Shown: positions 29,374 through 40,109 of the stretch, piece after piece
How the letters are laid out: each line of letters starts with the position of its first letter
How positions within the stretch are numbered: position 1 is the stretch's first letter
NCBI GenBank assembly: GCA_963817955.1
Contig: CAWFQK010000002.1
Location: 928,001-992,000 of the forward strand
Reading direction: 5' to 3'
Length of the DNA stretch: 64,000 nucleotides
Origin: an uncultured Gemmatimonadaceae bacterium
Lineage (GTDB): Bacteria; Gemmatimonadota; Gemmatimonadetes; Gemmatimonadales; Gemmatimonadaceae
Notes under the pieces: model-generated
What the model saw: the letters and a program-made list of their open reading frames with translations, nothing else
What the model was told of the DNA's origin: nothing
The model's database searches: none
Program-made: the position numbers and the translations under genes

Positions 29374-29568
29374 TTACGTTGCTGACTTGGCCGCGGCGGA
29401 TGCGGCGTCGCGCTTCGCCTGACAGGCGCGGCAGCGCGTGATGCCACGCATGTCGCAGATGATACAGATGAACGTTCCGCAGTCGACGCACGGGTAGCCT
29501 TCCGACGCACGCTCCTCGTTGCCGCAGGCACGGCAGATCATCGCGTCACGTTCCTGGACGTCGTTCAT
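29374..29568 (-). CDS. Small Cys-rich putative zinc-binding protein (4 x CxxC)
   Basis: 64 aa: CRAC, CVDC, CIIC, CRAC; fits the gap between neighbouring genes. Confidence 0.7.
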   Translation of the reverse strand: MNDVQERDAMICRACGNEERASEGYPCVDCGTFICIICDMRGITRCRACQAKRDAASAAAKSAT

Positions 29569-29584
29569 GTCACCAAGATAGCTG

Positions 29585-32044
29585 TTACGACTCGACTTCG
29601 GCGAGGACGACGGCCGCAAGCTTGTCGAGCAGGAACGGCTTCGCCACGACTGCGCAGCGCGTGGACTCGAGCACCCGGCGTGCCGATTCGCTCTGGGTAT
29701 CGCCGGTAATGAAGACGACGCGCGGCATCACGCGGCCCGTCTGACGGATTTCGGCGAGCACCTCGTTGCCGGGAATGTCAGGCAACCGCAGATCGAGCAT
29801 GATCACGTCGTAATCGGCTGCGGCCGTACGTGAAATAGCCTCACGCCCAGAACCGACGTCGTCCACCATGTGTCCGATCGAGCGGAAGTACGTCGCGATC
29901 GCCTGACGGATGGCCGGTTCGTCGTCCACAACCAGGAGGCGCTTGCCCGCGGCTACGTCCGGGACGACGACGCTGCCCACGGGCGTTCGGGGTGCGGGCG
30001 GCGGGACCCGTGGCAACTCGATGATGAACGCAGCACCGCGTCCAGGGTGCGATTCGACGCGAATGCGGCCGCCGTGCTCGCGAACGATGCCATCCGAGAT
30101 CGAGAGGCCGAGGCCCGTTCCCTCACCCACCGGCTTCGTCGTAAAGAAGGGATTGAATATTCGCGTCAGGTGTTCGCGGGAGATGCCGGGACCGGAGTCA
30201 TCGACGCGGATGACCAGCTCATCGTCATGACAGGCCGTCGACAACATCAATTTTCGTTCTCCCTGCCAGGACGCGAGCGCGTGCTCGGCGTTGGTGATCA
30301 GATTCAAGATCACCTGCTGGAGCTGGAATGGATCGGCCCAGGTCAATGGCAGCGAAGCGTCGAGATTCCGCTCGACGGTGATCTGTGCGACACGTAGCGC
30401 ATAGCGCCGAAGCTCGAGCGTGTCGTCAATGACGCGATTGAGATCGGCGGTCGTGCGTTCCGGCTGATGCTGCCGCGCAAAGGTCAGGAGGTTGGAGACG
30501 ATCTTCGCAGCGCGCTTCGATTCCTGGTTGATCGCTTCGATCGCATGACGATCATCGGGCGTACCCGTCGGCGCAGCCAGCAGCAACTGCGCGAATGCCA
30601 TGACGCTGGCCAACGGGTTGTTCAGCTCATGGGCAACGCCACTGACGAGCTGTCCCACCGCCGCGAGCTTCTCCTGTTGCATCAGCTGTTCGGTGAGTCG
30701 CTTCTCATCCGTGACGTCGCGTGCAACGCCGAGTATGCCGGTGACCGACGCGCCCTCGACGAGCGGCGTCAGCGTGAGCGACCACTGTCGCAGCTCGCCG
30801 TTCACACCCGAGTAATGCAGCTCCACGCGTCGGCGTTTGCCGGTGAACGTCTCGGCCAGCGCGTGCATCACAACCGACTCGTCGCGCCCGTCGAGGAGCG
30901 ATGCGAACCTGGTGCCAAGGAGCTCGTCGCGATGCTGGCCGCTGGCGCGCTCCAGCGAGCGGTTCACGGCGGTCAGCCGTCCGTCCGGATCGACAGTGAA
31001 GATCGCATCGGTGGCCGATTCGACGAGGCGAGCGTACTTCGCCTCCGATTGCGCCACCGCGTCGCGCGCGCGCCGCTCGTCCTCGCACACCTGGCGGTAC
31101 CGGTCGGCCGCCTCCTTCGCTTCCTCGTATAGCCGCGCGTTCGCGACCGCGACCGCCACCTGATCGGCGAGGCGCTGGAGCACGATCGCATCGTCGTCCG
31201 TGAAGTCGACGTCGCGATTGATGATCGAGAGGGCGCCGATCACATCGGTGCTCCCAAAAAGCGGCGCGACGAGCGTCTGTTCTACCCCCGCTGCAATGCG
31301 CGTCGGTGCATACGCTTCGGCGACACTCGCGTCGTTGCAGATGACGGCCCGGCCCTCGCGCATGGCGCGCCCGCTCACGCTGGCGTTGACCGGCACCGGT
31401 GCACCAAGGAGACGTTCGCCCACGCCGGTCCCCGCGACGACCACGACGTCATTGTCGCGCAGCAGGGCGATCGTGGCGCCCTGCGCGCGGAGCAGTGCCA
31501 TGGCGTGGCGGAGACTGAGCTGCAGCACATCACCCAAGCGAAGTGAACCGCCCACCGCTCGTGCGATGTCCGCGAGCGCTTCACCTCGGCCTCTTTCTCG
31601 TTGGCTCTGCTCGTACAAGCGGGCGTTTTCGATGATGGAGGCCACTTGCTGCGCGAACAGCTCCACCGTTCGCACACGCGCCAGCGTGGGTGTGCCCGGC
31701 TCGTCCGACTCGGCGAGGATCAGCGTCGCCACGGTGGTGCCGCCCACGGCGCGCACTGGGACGATCAGCTCGCCCGAGCCGAGGAAGACTGAGTTGCTGA
31801 TCGACGCAACGACGGCGGTGTCCGCTGGCGTCGCGTAGTTGGAGATGGTATCCACGCGGCTGTAGCCGACCTTCTGAATGGCTTGCACGAGAATGCGAAG
31901 CCGCTCATCGAGCGTACGTGCGCGTTCGACGTCGGCGAGCGCTTCGTGGAGCAATACGAGCTGGTCGCGTTCGCGGAGAAGGCGCGCGAGCGTATTCGAC
32001 GCCGCGTCCAGTGGAGGACCGGTGCGGCCGGTGCCGGTGGTCAC
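29585..32044 (-). CDS. Cytoplasmic hybrid histidine kinase (GAF-GAF-PAS-HisKA-HATPase-REC)
   Basis: LADQVAVAVANARLY GAF end, PAS, AHELNNPL, FFTTKPVGEGTGLGL, VVDDE receiver. Confidence 0.92.
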   Translation of the reverse strand: MTTGTGRTGPPLDAASNTLARLLRERDQLVLLHEALADVERARTLDERLRILVQAIQKVGYSRVDTISNYATPADTAVVASISNSVFLGSGELIVPVRAVGGTTVATLILAESDEPGTPTLARVRTVELFAQQVASIIENARLYEQSQRERGRGEALADIARAVGGSLRLGDVLQLSLRHAMALLRAQGATIALLRDNDVVVVAGTGVGERLLGAPVPVNASVSGRAMREGRAVICNDASVAEAYAPTRIAAGVEQTLVAPLFGSTDVIGALSIINRDVDFTDDDAIVLQRLADQVAVAVANARLYEEAKEAADRYRQVCEDERRARDAVAQSEAKYARLVESATDAIFTVDPDGRLTAVNRSLERASGQHRDELLGTRFASLLDGRDESVVMHALAETFTGKRRRVELHYSGVNGELRQWSLTLTPLVEGASVTGILGVARDVTDEKRLTEQLMQQEKLAAVGQLVSGVAHELNNPLASVMAFAQLLLAAPTGTPDDRHAIEAINQESKRAAKIVSNLLTFARQHQPERTTADLNRVIDDTLELRRYALRVAQITVERNLDASLPLTWADPFQLQQVILNLITNAEHALASWQGERKLMLSTACHDDELVIRVDDSGPGISREHLTRIFNPFFTTKPVGEGTGLGLSISDGIVREHGGRIRVESHPGRGAAFIIELPRVPPPAPRTPVGSVVVPDVAAGKRLLVVDDEPAIRQAIATYFRSIGHMVDDVGSGREAISRTAAADYDVIMLDLRLPDIPGNEVLAEIRQTGRVMPRVVFITGDTQSESARRVLESTRCAVVAKPFLLDKLAAVVLAEVES

Positions 32045-32048
32045 GCGA

Positions 32049-32954
32049 TCAGCCTCGCGCCGGCACGAGCAGATGCACGGCTAGCGGATCGACCACGACG
32101 GTGAACGGCGTCGTGCCCATCAACTCTCCATCCGCCTGCCACGGCATTGGGGGGGTCGTCTCGACGTGCAAGCCCCTGCCCCGCGCGTACAGCATGCACG
32201 GATCTGACTGAAAATCGTGCCGGAGCATACGCCACATGATGCGGATTGCGTCCCGCAGCGTGTGAGGCGAAAAGATACAGGCGTCGAGCAATCCATCATC
32301 CGTGCGAATCTCCGGTCCCAGCGTGATTCGGTTGCCCAGCACGGCGCCGAAATTGGCGATCATCACCGCCGCGGCTTGCCGCTCGTATACAGTTCCATCG
32401 ATCGTCACGCGTGCTCGGAAGAATTCACGACGGAGCACCGAGCGGATAGCGGCCCGGCTGCCCATGATCGTGTACGCCAGCACACCTAATCGACGCTTGA
32501 GCCAGCCTGGCGTTTCTGCGACCATGGCCGCGTCGATACCGACGCCGGCGGCGATCGCAAAGCGCTTCCCCGACTCGAACCGGCCGAGGTCGGCGATGAG
32601 GCGATCGCCATCGAGCAGTGCGGGTACCGCTCTGGCTATGGAAAAGGGAATGCCCAGGGCGCGCGCCAGCAGATTGCCCGTCCCCCCGGCAAGCACGCCG
32701 ACGGGCGTATTGGTGGATGCCAGGGCGCCGGCAACCTCCATGACGGTTCCGTCGCCGCCAAGCACAAACACCGCATCGTATTGCGGTGCGTGATGCACGG
32801 CGATCTCGGTTGCGTGGCCAGGCCGTTCGGTGAGGATGAGATCACAAGTCACTGCACGGCGTTCGAACGCACGACAGGCGTGCGCAGTGAGACGCCGTCC
32901 GTGACGCGCCGCGGGGTTGGCGATCAGGAGCACCCGCTGGATCAGAAGTGCCAA
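32049..32954 (-). CDS. Diacylglycerol kinase family lipid kinase
   Basis: IANPAA, GGDGT, GGTGNLLARALG, QADGE. Confidence 0.9.
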   Translation of the reverse strand: MALLIQRVLLIANPAARHGRRLTAHACRAFERRAVTCDLILTERPGHATEIAVHHAPQYDAVFVLGGDGTVMEVAGALASTNTPVGVLAGGTGNLLARALGIPFSIARAVPALLDGDRLIADLGRFESGKRFAIAAGVGIDAAMVAETPGWLKRRLGVLAYTIMGSRAAIRSVLRREFFRARVTIDGTVYERQAAAVMIANFGAVLGNRITLGPEIRTDDGLLDACIFSPHTLRDAIRIMWRMLRHDFQSDPCMLYARGRGLHVETTPPMPWQADGELMGTTPFTVVVDPLAVHLLVPARG

Positions 32955-35900
32955 GTATGCGATAGCGAAAAGCTGAACTGCGACGGCGTATTCACGAGCC
33001 CTACCACGCTTTGCTGCTGTGAGCAGGTCCGATTCGCCGTCGGCGGATCGTATGCGACCTGCACCGACAACGTCGGATCGAACCGATACTCAGCCTTCGC
33101 GCCCAACCCCGTCAGCAAGTTCAGGCGCCCGCCGTTGAAGTCCGAATTGAACTGGCACAATCCGGTGTTGACGTTCAGGTAGACATTGTTGCCGAACTGT
33201 CTCTCCGCACCAATGGTGGCGCCATAGAGGTATTGCCGGAGGTTCTGGGCCGAGAAGAAGCCGCCGCTCGATGCATCCGACGCGCTACTCCCCGTCCCGA
33301 GTTCAAAGCGGAAGACGTCGAACACCGAGCCGAAGCTCTGGCGCAGGCGATCAGCGGCCATGGCGCTGATCGTCGGCGCGAGGAGCGATGCCACCTGGGC
33401 GACGGCGCCGCTCGACCCGAAGTCTAAGCCAGGCCGGCCGGTGAGCAGATAGCTGAGCAGGTCTGAAGTCGAGATGTCGTAATCGGCCGTGCTCTTGAAG
33501 TCGATCACCGGGTAGGGGAGCAGCCGACCATTGAGGTTCACGATCACGCCGATGTCGCGATCGCGATACAGCTTCACGTTGTACAGGGCCTTGATGTCGA
33601 GCGTCGGGTTGTCCGCCGACGTTCCATCGAAGGTGACCGTTCCATTCGGCTGTACCTGAAACTCGCGTTGGACGGGGCCGAGGTTCAGTTTGTAGGTGCC
33701 ACTGACAGTGGTGAGTGTGCCCTCGAGAGCGAGTCCAGGTACCAGTTTGCCACTCGACGCAACGGTGCGACTCGAACTTGCCGTGGAGGTGACGAGGCGC
33801 AGATCGCCACCTAGCTTGACGTTGGCCTCGGTGGAGCGGAGCCGCACGTCGTTGCCCAGGACAACGGTGACGTTCGGAACCTGCAAGTTCGTCATGATGG
33901 TCGACACGAGCGTCGAGCCACCAAGATTGAGCCCGCGCGCGACGTTGTCGGTCACGATCTCGACCGGTTGCTTTCGTGCGAGCTCCCGATCGGCGAGGTA
34001 GATCGCGCCCTGATCGACACGCAGGGCGCCGGTCAACGTCGGCGTGGTAACCGAGCCGCGCAGCTCGAGGCTGCTGGTCGTCGTGAGATACAGATCGGCA
34101 AGTGAGCGTCGATTGAAGGCATGGAAGTTCGACGCATCGATGGCCAACGAAAATGTCGGATTCTCCTGAGTCAGGTTCTTTGCCCATCCCTTGACCGCGA
34201 CGGAGCCAGGGATCTTCCCGACATTGGCCGCCCGCAGATCGACACTCACGCTATCCTGGCGCGCGGCGTTCATGCCACCGCTGATACCGCCGGTGATGGC
34301 AGTCAGCGTCACATTCAATGGCGGCACGAATGCGGTCCCATTACTGATCGTCACGTCACCCATGAAGACCGGCTTTCCCGGCGTACCGCTGGCGACGACG
34401 TGCGCGTCAAGCCGGCCAGTCAGCTTGGTTCCTGAAGGAAACAATGTTTGCACGAGAGCCATATCCGTCGTGTCGGCACGCACGAATCCACTGAGCGAGT
34501 CATCGCGCCAGGTGGTGCCGAACAGCGTCATGTTCAGTGGCAACGACGCGCCGGCAACGAACGCCGATCGGCCATCGCGCACAACGTCCATGTCGGCCAC
34601 CAATCGCGCGTCGCGGTACTGCGCGTTCGCCGAGACACGATCGATCGACACCCCCTTCCATTTGACGCCGGTCAGGAGACCCGTCGCCGAGAGCCGTGGG
34701 CTGAGGCGTGTGCCGCTGACTGATACATCGACGTCGCCGACACCGGTCAGCGTGTCGGTTACCTGCGCGAGCGCGCCGAAATCGCGCAACGGAACACGCG
34801 TTGCGCGGACTCGCGCGCGCACCGTTCCGGTGTCTGGGATGTCGCCGGTCAAGGCAATCACCGATGAGTCGGCGTTGCGAAACACGAGAGAATCGAGCCG
34901 GCGTCCCACGCTGTCGATCGTGAGGCGCGCCGGTGACGCGAGGCCCCAGTGCGCATCAGCGGTCGTGAACCCGAGTGAGTCGATCAGCACCGACTGCGCG
35001 CCAGCCGATGCACTCCACCGGCCAGTGGTCGATGCCGTGGGGCCACTGTGGCTCAATGCACTGGCGCTGAACCGCGCATGCGTCGCGTCGTCGATGCGCA
35101 GGTTGCCGCCAATGTTGTCCAGTGCCACGCCCATGAGTGTGACATTGTCGAGTCGCCCCGCGACCGCGCCCGAGGGCGCACGCAACACGTCGCGCAGATC
35201 GAACGTCAGGTTGAGCGTGTCGCCGCGATCCTTGTTGATGTAGAGGCTGCTGGCGTCCAACCGACCGACAACGTTGAGCGAATCGAATGTCCCGCTGACG
35301 ACGCCACTGAGCCTCGCCGTGCCCGACAGGGAATCGGGGAGCGTGGCCGCCGCACCGCGCATGCTCGTATCCGGATGCGACAGGTACCGGCGCAGCCCCC
35401 CGAGCGAATCGAGGCTGACGGTGAAACGCAGCGAATCGGTGCGCCCCTTCGGCAAGCCGACACCGCCTCGCTCCATCGTGAGCGTCGCCGCGGCGGTATG
35501 GATACGCAGCGAATCCACCAGAACGCGTCCGTCATCAAAGCGCAACCGAGCATACGATGGATAGACGCGCACGCTGTCGAACACCGTCCGCTCGAGATCC
35601 AGATTGGCGCCGCCGTGGAGCGCCGCCACGGTCTCGCCGGCGACGTCGATGTCGTAGTGTCCACTCAGCGGACCTGCCGGAATCGACGCACGCGCCAAGA
35701 CGCTCGCGAGATCGAGACTGCTGAACTGTCCGCCACCGTGCGCGCCGTATCCGCCAATCGAATCGAGATCCACGCGTCCGTCGAAGCTGAACGCCCCCGG
35801 CGGCCCCTGCAGCGACGTCGACAACTGGAGGTCGGGCGCCGTGCCGCGCGCGCGAACGGGTCCATTCATCAAACCATGGAGCTGAGAGAACGAGGGCAGC

Positions 35901-37531
35901 GAGCGACCGACCATGGCGAGATTGACTGGTTCCGCATCGAGCGCCACGTCGTAGATCATCAGAGCTCCGCCGTCCGTGATCCGTCCACTGCCACTGAACC
36001 GTGACGGATCGCCTGGCCCATCCTGGTGCGTGACGTTCGCATTGGAGAAGCGCACGTCGAGCCACGACGAATCCAGTGTCGCCGTACCCGCGACAAAGCC
36101 ACCGAGCCGTGGAAAGTTGGGAAAGAGATACTCGATCGTGCGTAGATCGAGTGATTGCGCGTTGACGTGGAAGTCGTGAAAGGCGGTGAACGCCGGGTTG
36201 AGGATGTCGAGCTCACCTTTGCCGCTGAACCGCGAGGTTGCGCCGCGTACATGCGCATCGACGAAAGCCCCGCGAGCGTCGTCGACGACGAAGTGCGTGA
36301 GCGGTCCACCGGGCCCTCTGGCCGTTCCAATGATCTGCCCCTGCCAATCCTCGGGGAACGGCTTGCCGTTCAGCGTGCGAATCAGGTCGAAGTCCAGTGG
36401 ATCGGCCCGCAGGTCCACGTTACGGACGAGCAGCACGGGTTGGCCCGTACCGAAAGTCATGTCGCCCGTCACATGGGATTTCGTGCTGCGCACGTCCATC
36501 TTGGCGAGCTTGAAGTCGATGACCTGCAGGTTTTTTGGATCGTTCTTGATGAGCAGGTCGAGCGTGCCACCTCCGGTGCGCGGCAGTCTGGGGTACACCC
36601 AATTCACGTCATCCAGCGATACGCTGTCGCCGCGAATGGCGACGTCGTAACGCATGGGCAGATCGCTTCCCCACCACACCTTGCCGTGACCATGTCCCGT
36701 GGACGCCGGCATGTCGAAGTGCGACACGTCGAATGTGACGGAATCGCCAAGATGACGAACGTCCGCGGTCAGATTGAGGAACTTGAAAGTTGGCTGGTAC
36801 TCGTCCACCGACAACGTGGCGACACGGAAGGACTGGCCGAATCTGTTACTGTCTGGATCGGCGAGCCGCGCATGACTGATCAATCCACGGCCATTCGTCC
36901 ACGCGTACGTGCGGCCGAAACCGTCCGATGTCCGTGAAACCGCCCGTTCCGGATGCGTCAGATGGAAGCGAATCACGCTGTCGCGCACCGTACCATGCAG
37001 CGCCGAATCAGGATGCCAGGGCAGCGTGAGCAGGAAGGTCGTGTTCCGCGCGGACGTGGAATCGACGACGACGTAATCGCCGAAACTCCGCGTATTGAGC
37101 TCCTTCGGCAGTTTCGGCTGCACGACGTCCGACGCGAAGATTTCCCTGAAGTTCCAATTCCCGTTCTCACGCTGAATCAGGTGGACATACGGATGCTCCA
37201 CCTGGGCACTGTGTACGTAGATGCGATCGTCGATCAGGTCCCGGGGATTGTACGACAGCGTGACGTGTCCGGTGCTGATGAACAGCTCGCCGTACTTGTC
37301 GCGAATGGCGATCGTGTCGATCGTCAGCCCGGAGATGAAGTTGCCACCGAGCTTGCCGATGTAGATCGAGCCGCCTTTGATCTTGCTCGAGACAAATGGC
37401 AGGATGATGCGACGCAACTGCTCGCGCCCCATGTCCGTGTTCGTCACGAAGAAGACCGCGGCGATGGCCACGAGTCCCAGCGTGAAGAGCACGGCGGCGC
37501 TGACGAGCGCCACGAGGCGGCGGCGTTTCAT
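32942..37531 (-). CDS. tamB: Translocation and assembly module TamB domain protein
   Basis: 1529 aa, N-terminal anchor, long beta-rich body, DUF490-like C-terminus; directly downstream of an Omp85 gene. Confidence 0.85.
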   Translation of the reverse strand: MKRRRLVALVSAAVLFTLGLVAIAAVFFVTNTDMGREQLRRIILPFVSSKIKGGSIYIGKLGGNFISGLTIDTIAIRDKYGELFISTGHVTLSYNPRDLIDDRIYVHSAQVEHPYVHLIQRENGNWNFREIFASDVVQPKLPKELNTRSFGDYVVVDSTSARNTTFLLTLPWHPDSALHGTVRDSVIRFHLTHPERAVSRTSDGFGRTYAWTNGRGLISHARLADPDSNRFGQSFRVATLSVDEYQPTFKFLNLTADVRHLGDSVTFDVSHFDMPASTGHGHGKVWWGSDLPMRYDVAIRGDSVSLDDVNWVYPRLPRTGGGTLDLLIKNDPKNLQVIDFKLAKMDVRSTKSHVTGDMTFGTGQPVLLVRNVDLRADPLDFDLIRTLNGKPFPEDWQGQIIGTARGPGGPLTHFVVDDARGAFVDAHVRGATSRFSGKGELDILNPAFTAFHDFHVNAQSLDLRTIEYLFPNFPRLGGFVAGTATLDSSWLDVRFSNANVTHQDGPGDPSRFSGSGRITDGGALMIYDVALDAEPVNLAMVGRSLPSFSQLHGLMNGPVRARGTAPDLQLSTSLQGPPGAFSFDGRVDLDSIGGYGAHGGGQFSSLDLASVLARASIPAGPLSGHYDIDVAGETVAALHGGANLDLERTVFDSVRVYPSYARLRFDDGRVLVDSLRIHTAAATLTMERGGVGLPKGRTDSLRFTVSLDSLGGLRRYLSHPDTSMRGAAATLPDSLSGTARLSGVVSGTFDSLNVVGRLDASSLYINKDRGDTLNLTFDLRDVLRAPSGAVAGRLDNVTLMGVALDNIGGNLRIDDATHARFSASALSHSGPTASTTGRWSASAGAQSVLIDSLGFTTADAHWGLASPARLTIDSVGRRLDSLVFRNADSSVIALTGDIPDTGTVRARVRATRVPLRDFGALAQVTDTLTGVGDVDVSVSGTRLSPRLSATGLLTGVKWKGVSIDRVSANAQYRDARLVADMDVVRDGRSAFVAGASLPLNMTLFGTTWRDDSLSGFVRADTTDMALVQTLFPSGTKLTGRLDAHVVASGTPGKPVFMGDVTISNGTAFVPPLNVTLTAITGGISGGMNAARQDSVSVDLRAANVGKIPGSVAVKGWAKNLTQENPTFSLAIDASNFHAFNRRSLADLYLTTTSSLELRGSVTTPTLTGALRVDQGAIYLADRELARKQPVEIVTDNVARGLNLGGSTLVSTIMTNLQVPNVTVVLGNDVRLRSTEANVKLGGDLRLVTSTASSSRTVASSGKLVPGLALEGTLTTVSGTYKLNLGPVQREFQVQPNGTVTFDGTSADNPTLDIKALYNVKLYRDRDIGVIVNLNGRLLPYPVIDFKSTADYDISTSDLLSYLLTGRPGLDFGSSGAVAQVASLLAPTISAMAADRLRQSFGSVFDVFRFELGTGSSASDASSGGFFSAQNLRQYLYGATIGAERQFGNNVYLNVNTGLCQFNSDFNGGRLNLLTGLGAKAEYRFDPTLSVQVAYDPPTANRTCSQQQSVVGLVNTPSQFSFSLSHTWHF

Positions 37532-37533
37532 GC

Positions 37534-39846
37534 TTAGAAGTCAGTGCCGATCGACAGTGTGAGCGCGAATCGCTTGAAGAAGTTCGACGATTGGAAGGGC
37601 GCGAAGCTAGCGGGACATGCGGCGAGGTTCTGGTCGAGCTGACCGTTCGCCAGCCGATGGATGGGAACGAGAGCGGCCCCCGGACCGGTGACGCAGATGA
37701 GCGGCGCGCGATTGGTAGTCAGATCCACGGGTACAGCGTAGTACCCCTTCCCCAGCTGCGCCGGGTACGGGTTATACCCCGCATTCACCTGAATGGGCCC
37801 GATAGGCGAGAAGACGCGCAGCCCGAGACCTGGCGTCACGCGCAGCTTCGTCAATCCAAGATTCTGCTGCCCGTCGGCGCGCGTCCACACCTCACCGCCG
37901 TCGACGAACGGTACGTATTCGATGAGCTCGGGAAAGAACGGATCCCGCATGCGGAGCTCGGCATTGAACACGAACAGCGAGTTCCCGCCGACGGGAATTG
38001 TGCGCTGAGCGCGCGTACCGGGCTTTGTGACGTACGCGAAATCTCCACCCGGCAGCGAAACCGTATCCAACGATGACGGATCGATGAGATACACCAGAGA
38101 CCCGAGCTCGTTCTGCTGAAAGCCGCGCACGCTCGTTGCGCCGCCGGCGTACAACCGCTCCTGCGGCGGCGGGAGCTTCGCGCCACCCGCGTCGCTTCCT
38201 CCGACAATGAATCCCCCGCGCAGACGTGCGGCGAACACCATGCGCGACCGGAGCTGATGGTAGACGGAACCGTCGGCCGTCGTCTTGAAGAAGCTCAGCG
38301 ACGGGTCCGACAGAATGAATGGCGCCCCGCCGCGCGTTTCGGCGCCGATGATGTAGCCGCTCGTGGGCACTACCGCATTGTCGGTGCGAACGCGTTGAAT
38401 GCTCGCGCTCGCCACGGCAAAACGCAGTTTACGCTGCACATCAGCCATATCCGCTTGGTTGCAGCGAAGGAACACCGCGCACAGCACAGCAGGCTGCGCG
38501 GCGGTCTGCCCGTACTCCATGGTATAGCCGGCTCGGAACGGAATTCCGAGGCCCAGGCTCCTTGTCGCCGAGGCTTCGCCGCCGAGGTACGTGGTGCGCA
38601 GGTAAGCCTTGTATTCACCGCGGCGTTCCGTGTACGCCGAGTACGCTGGTACCCAATGCGTACCGAATAGTGTGGGGGCACGTACCGTTGCGCCGGCGTA
38701 GTAATTGAGCTGCGAGCTGGCAAGGCTGTCCGCTTCCAGATACGGCCGATAGCAGAGGTTCCTTGCCGCCGACCAGTTCGTCGGTGCTCCAAAACCGATC
38801 TTCGACAGACGCCCCGTCAGCTCCACGCGCCGCGCCGTGTTGAACGCGTTCTTGTCGGTGTATAGGGCGTTCACACGGAAGCAGTCGAGGGTTCCCCACC
38901 CTCCTTCGAGATCGACCTGCCGCAAGTAATCTTCGCGCAGATCGAGGGCGACATCGGCGGTCTGCGGGCCGTGCTGCCACGTCGTGTCCACCGCGATGCC
39001 CACGTGTCGATAGGCACCGAGGTTGTAGAGGTTGCGCTGCGCCTCGACCAGCGCGCGATCGCTGTACGTGTCTCCGGTTCTGAACCCGAGCAGACGGAGC
39101 ACCGTCGCACTGTCGATCTCGCCCTTTCCATTGTCCTCGCGCTCGCTGGCAATGGCGATCTCTCCAAAGCGCGCGCGTGGGCCGGTGTTCACCAGCAGTT
39201 CCACGCTGGCACGATGCTCGGGCTTATTCAGCGAATACGACGGCAGGATCATGACCCGCGGGTATCCGGCGTTGCGCAGCCGCGCGGTGATCGAGTCGAT
39301 GTCAGTGTACATGGGAACGCGACCGAACCGGCCGCCCACCCGCAATTGCAGATTCTTCAGGAGGTCGTCGCGGTGCGCCACCGAATCAAGCCCAAGGATC
39401 GACAGCGTGTCGAGCCGAATCGGTTCCCCCTCGTTGATGCGAAAAGTGACGTCTACGGCGTTCACCCCATCAGGCTTTATCATCGGCTCGATACGCGTAT
39501 CGTAGAAGCCGTTGTTCTCGTAGAACTGCATGAGCGCCGCCGAATCGGGGCCGAGGCCGACATCCGGAAAGCACCGGCGCGTCCCGACATTGAAGAACCA
39601 GCCAAACCAGCGATGCCATAACGACGATGGCGTCGTGGGCACACGCGCCGAGAGCTCCTCGGCGCTATAAGCCTGATTGCCGTTGAAGCGCACGGTCCGC
39701 ACTTCACGACGACTCTGATCGCAGTCCGCTTCCTGCGCGTGGACGGTGGCGACCCCGACACCGGCGTGCAGCGCGGCCGCGAGGACGATTGCACGTACGA
39801 CGATGCGCACGAGCGGTAGGCGCATCAACTCTCGATGCCTCGCCAA
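37534..39846 (-). CDS. BamA/TamA family (Omp85) outer membrane protein
   Basis: POTRA repeats (FYENNGFY, LRNAGYP), YAGGATSVRGF, GLGLRVFSPIGPI, C-terminal Phe. Confidence 0.92.
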   Translation of the reverse strand: MARHRELMRLPLVRIVVRAIVLAAALHAGVGVATVHAQEADCDQSRREVRTVRFNGNQAYSAEELSARVPTTPSSLWHRWFGWFFNVGTRRCFPDVGLGPDSAALMQFYENNGFYDTRIEPMIKPDGVNAVDVTFRINEGEPIRLDTLSILGLDSVAHRDDLLKNLQLRVGGRFGRVPMYTDIDSITARLRNAGYPRVMILPSYSLNKPEHRASVELLVNTGPRARFGEIAIASEREDNGKGEIDSATVLRLLGFRTGDTYSDRALVEAQRNLYNLGAYRHVGIAVDTTWQHGPQTADVALDLREDYLRQVDLEGGWGTLDCFRVNALYTDKNAFNTARRVELTGRLSKIGFGAPTNWSAARNLCYRPYLEADSLASSQLNYYAGATVRAPTLFGTHWVPAYSAYTERRGEYKAYLRTTYLGGEASATRSLGLGIPFRAGYTMEYGQTAAQPAVLCAVFLRCNQADMADVQRKLRFAVASASIQRVRTDNAVVPTSGYIIGAETRGGAPFILSDPSLSFFKTTADGSVYHQLRSRMVFAARLRGGFIVGGSDAGGAKLPPPQERLYAGGATSVRGFQQNELGSLVYLIDPSSLDTVSLPGGDFAYVTKPGTRAQRTIPVGGNSLFVFNAELRMRDPFFPELIEYVPFVDGGEVWTRADGQQNLGLTKLRVTPGLGLRVFSPIGPIQVNAGYNPYPAQLGKGYYAVPVDLTTNRAPLICVTGPGAALVPIHRLANGQLDQNLAACPASFAPFQSSNFFKRFALTLSIGTDF

Positions 39847-40062
39847 TGGCGCCGCTCGCGCCGCTTCACGGCACGTCGGTAACAGAGCCGCAGACCCGCA
39901 GACTCATCGTGCGGATCGCTCTTTGCAAGCATGGCAACCTCGTGACTCCAAGCCACCCGTGGCCCGGAAAGCGCTGATCATTTGCACCGGCCGACGCATT
40001 CTCACCCGGCGGTGTCGACATACAATGCGCCCACGCGGGACAACTCCGGCGGGCGCTTCTGA

Positions 40063-40092
40063 TTGACGCTAGACGGCGTGATCGGGTAAGTT
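40063..40092 (+). promoter_or_regulatory. Possible sigma70 promoter TTGACG-N18-TAAGTT
   Basis: Immediately upstream of the ABC substrate-binding gene. Confidence 0.4.
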
Positions 40093-40109
40093 CTCGCGGC
40101 ACTTTATCA

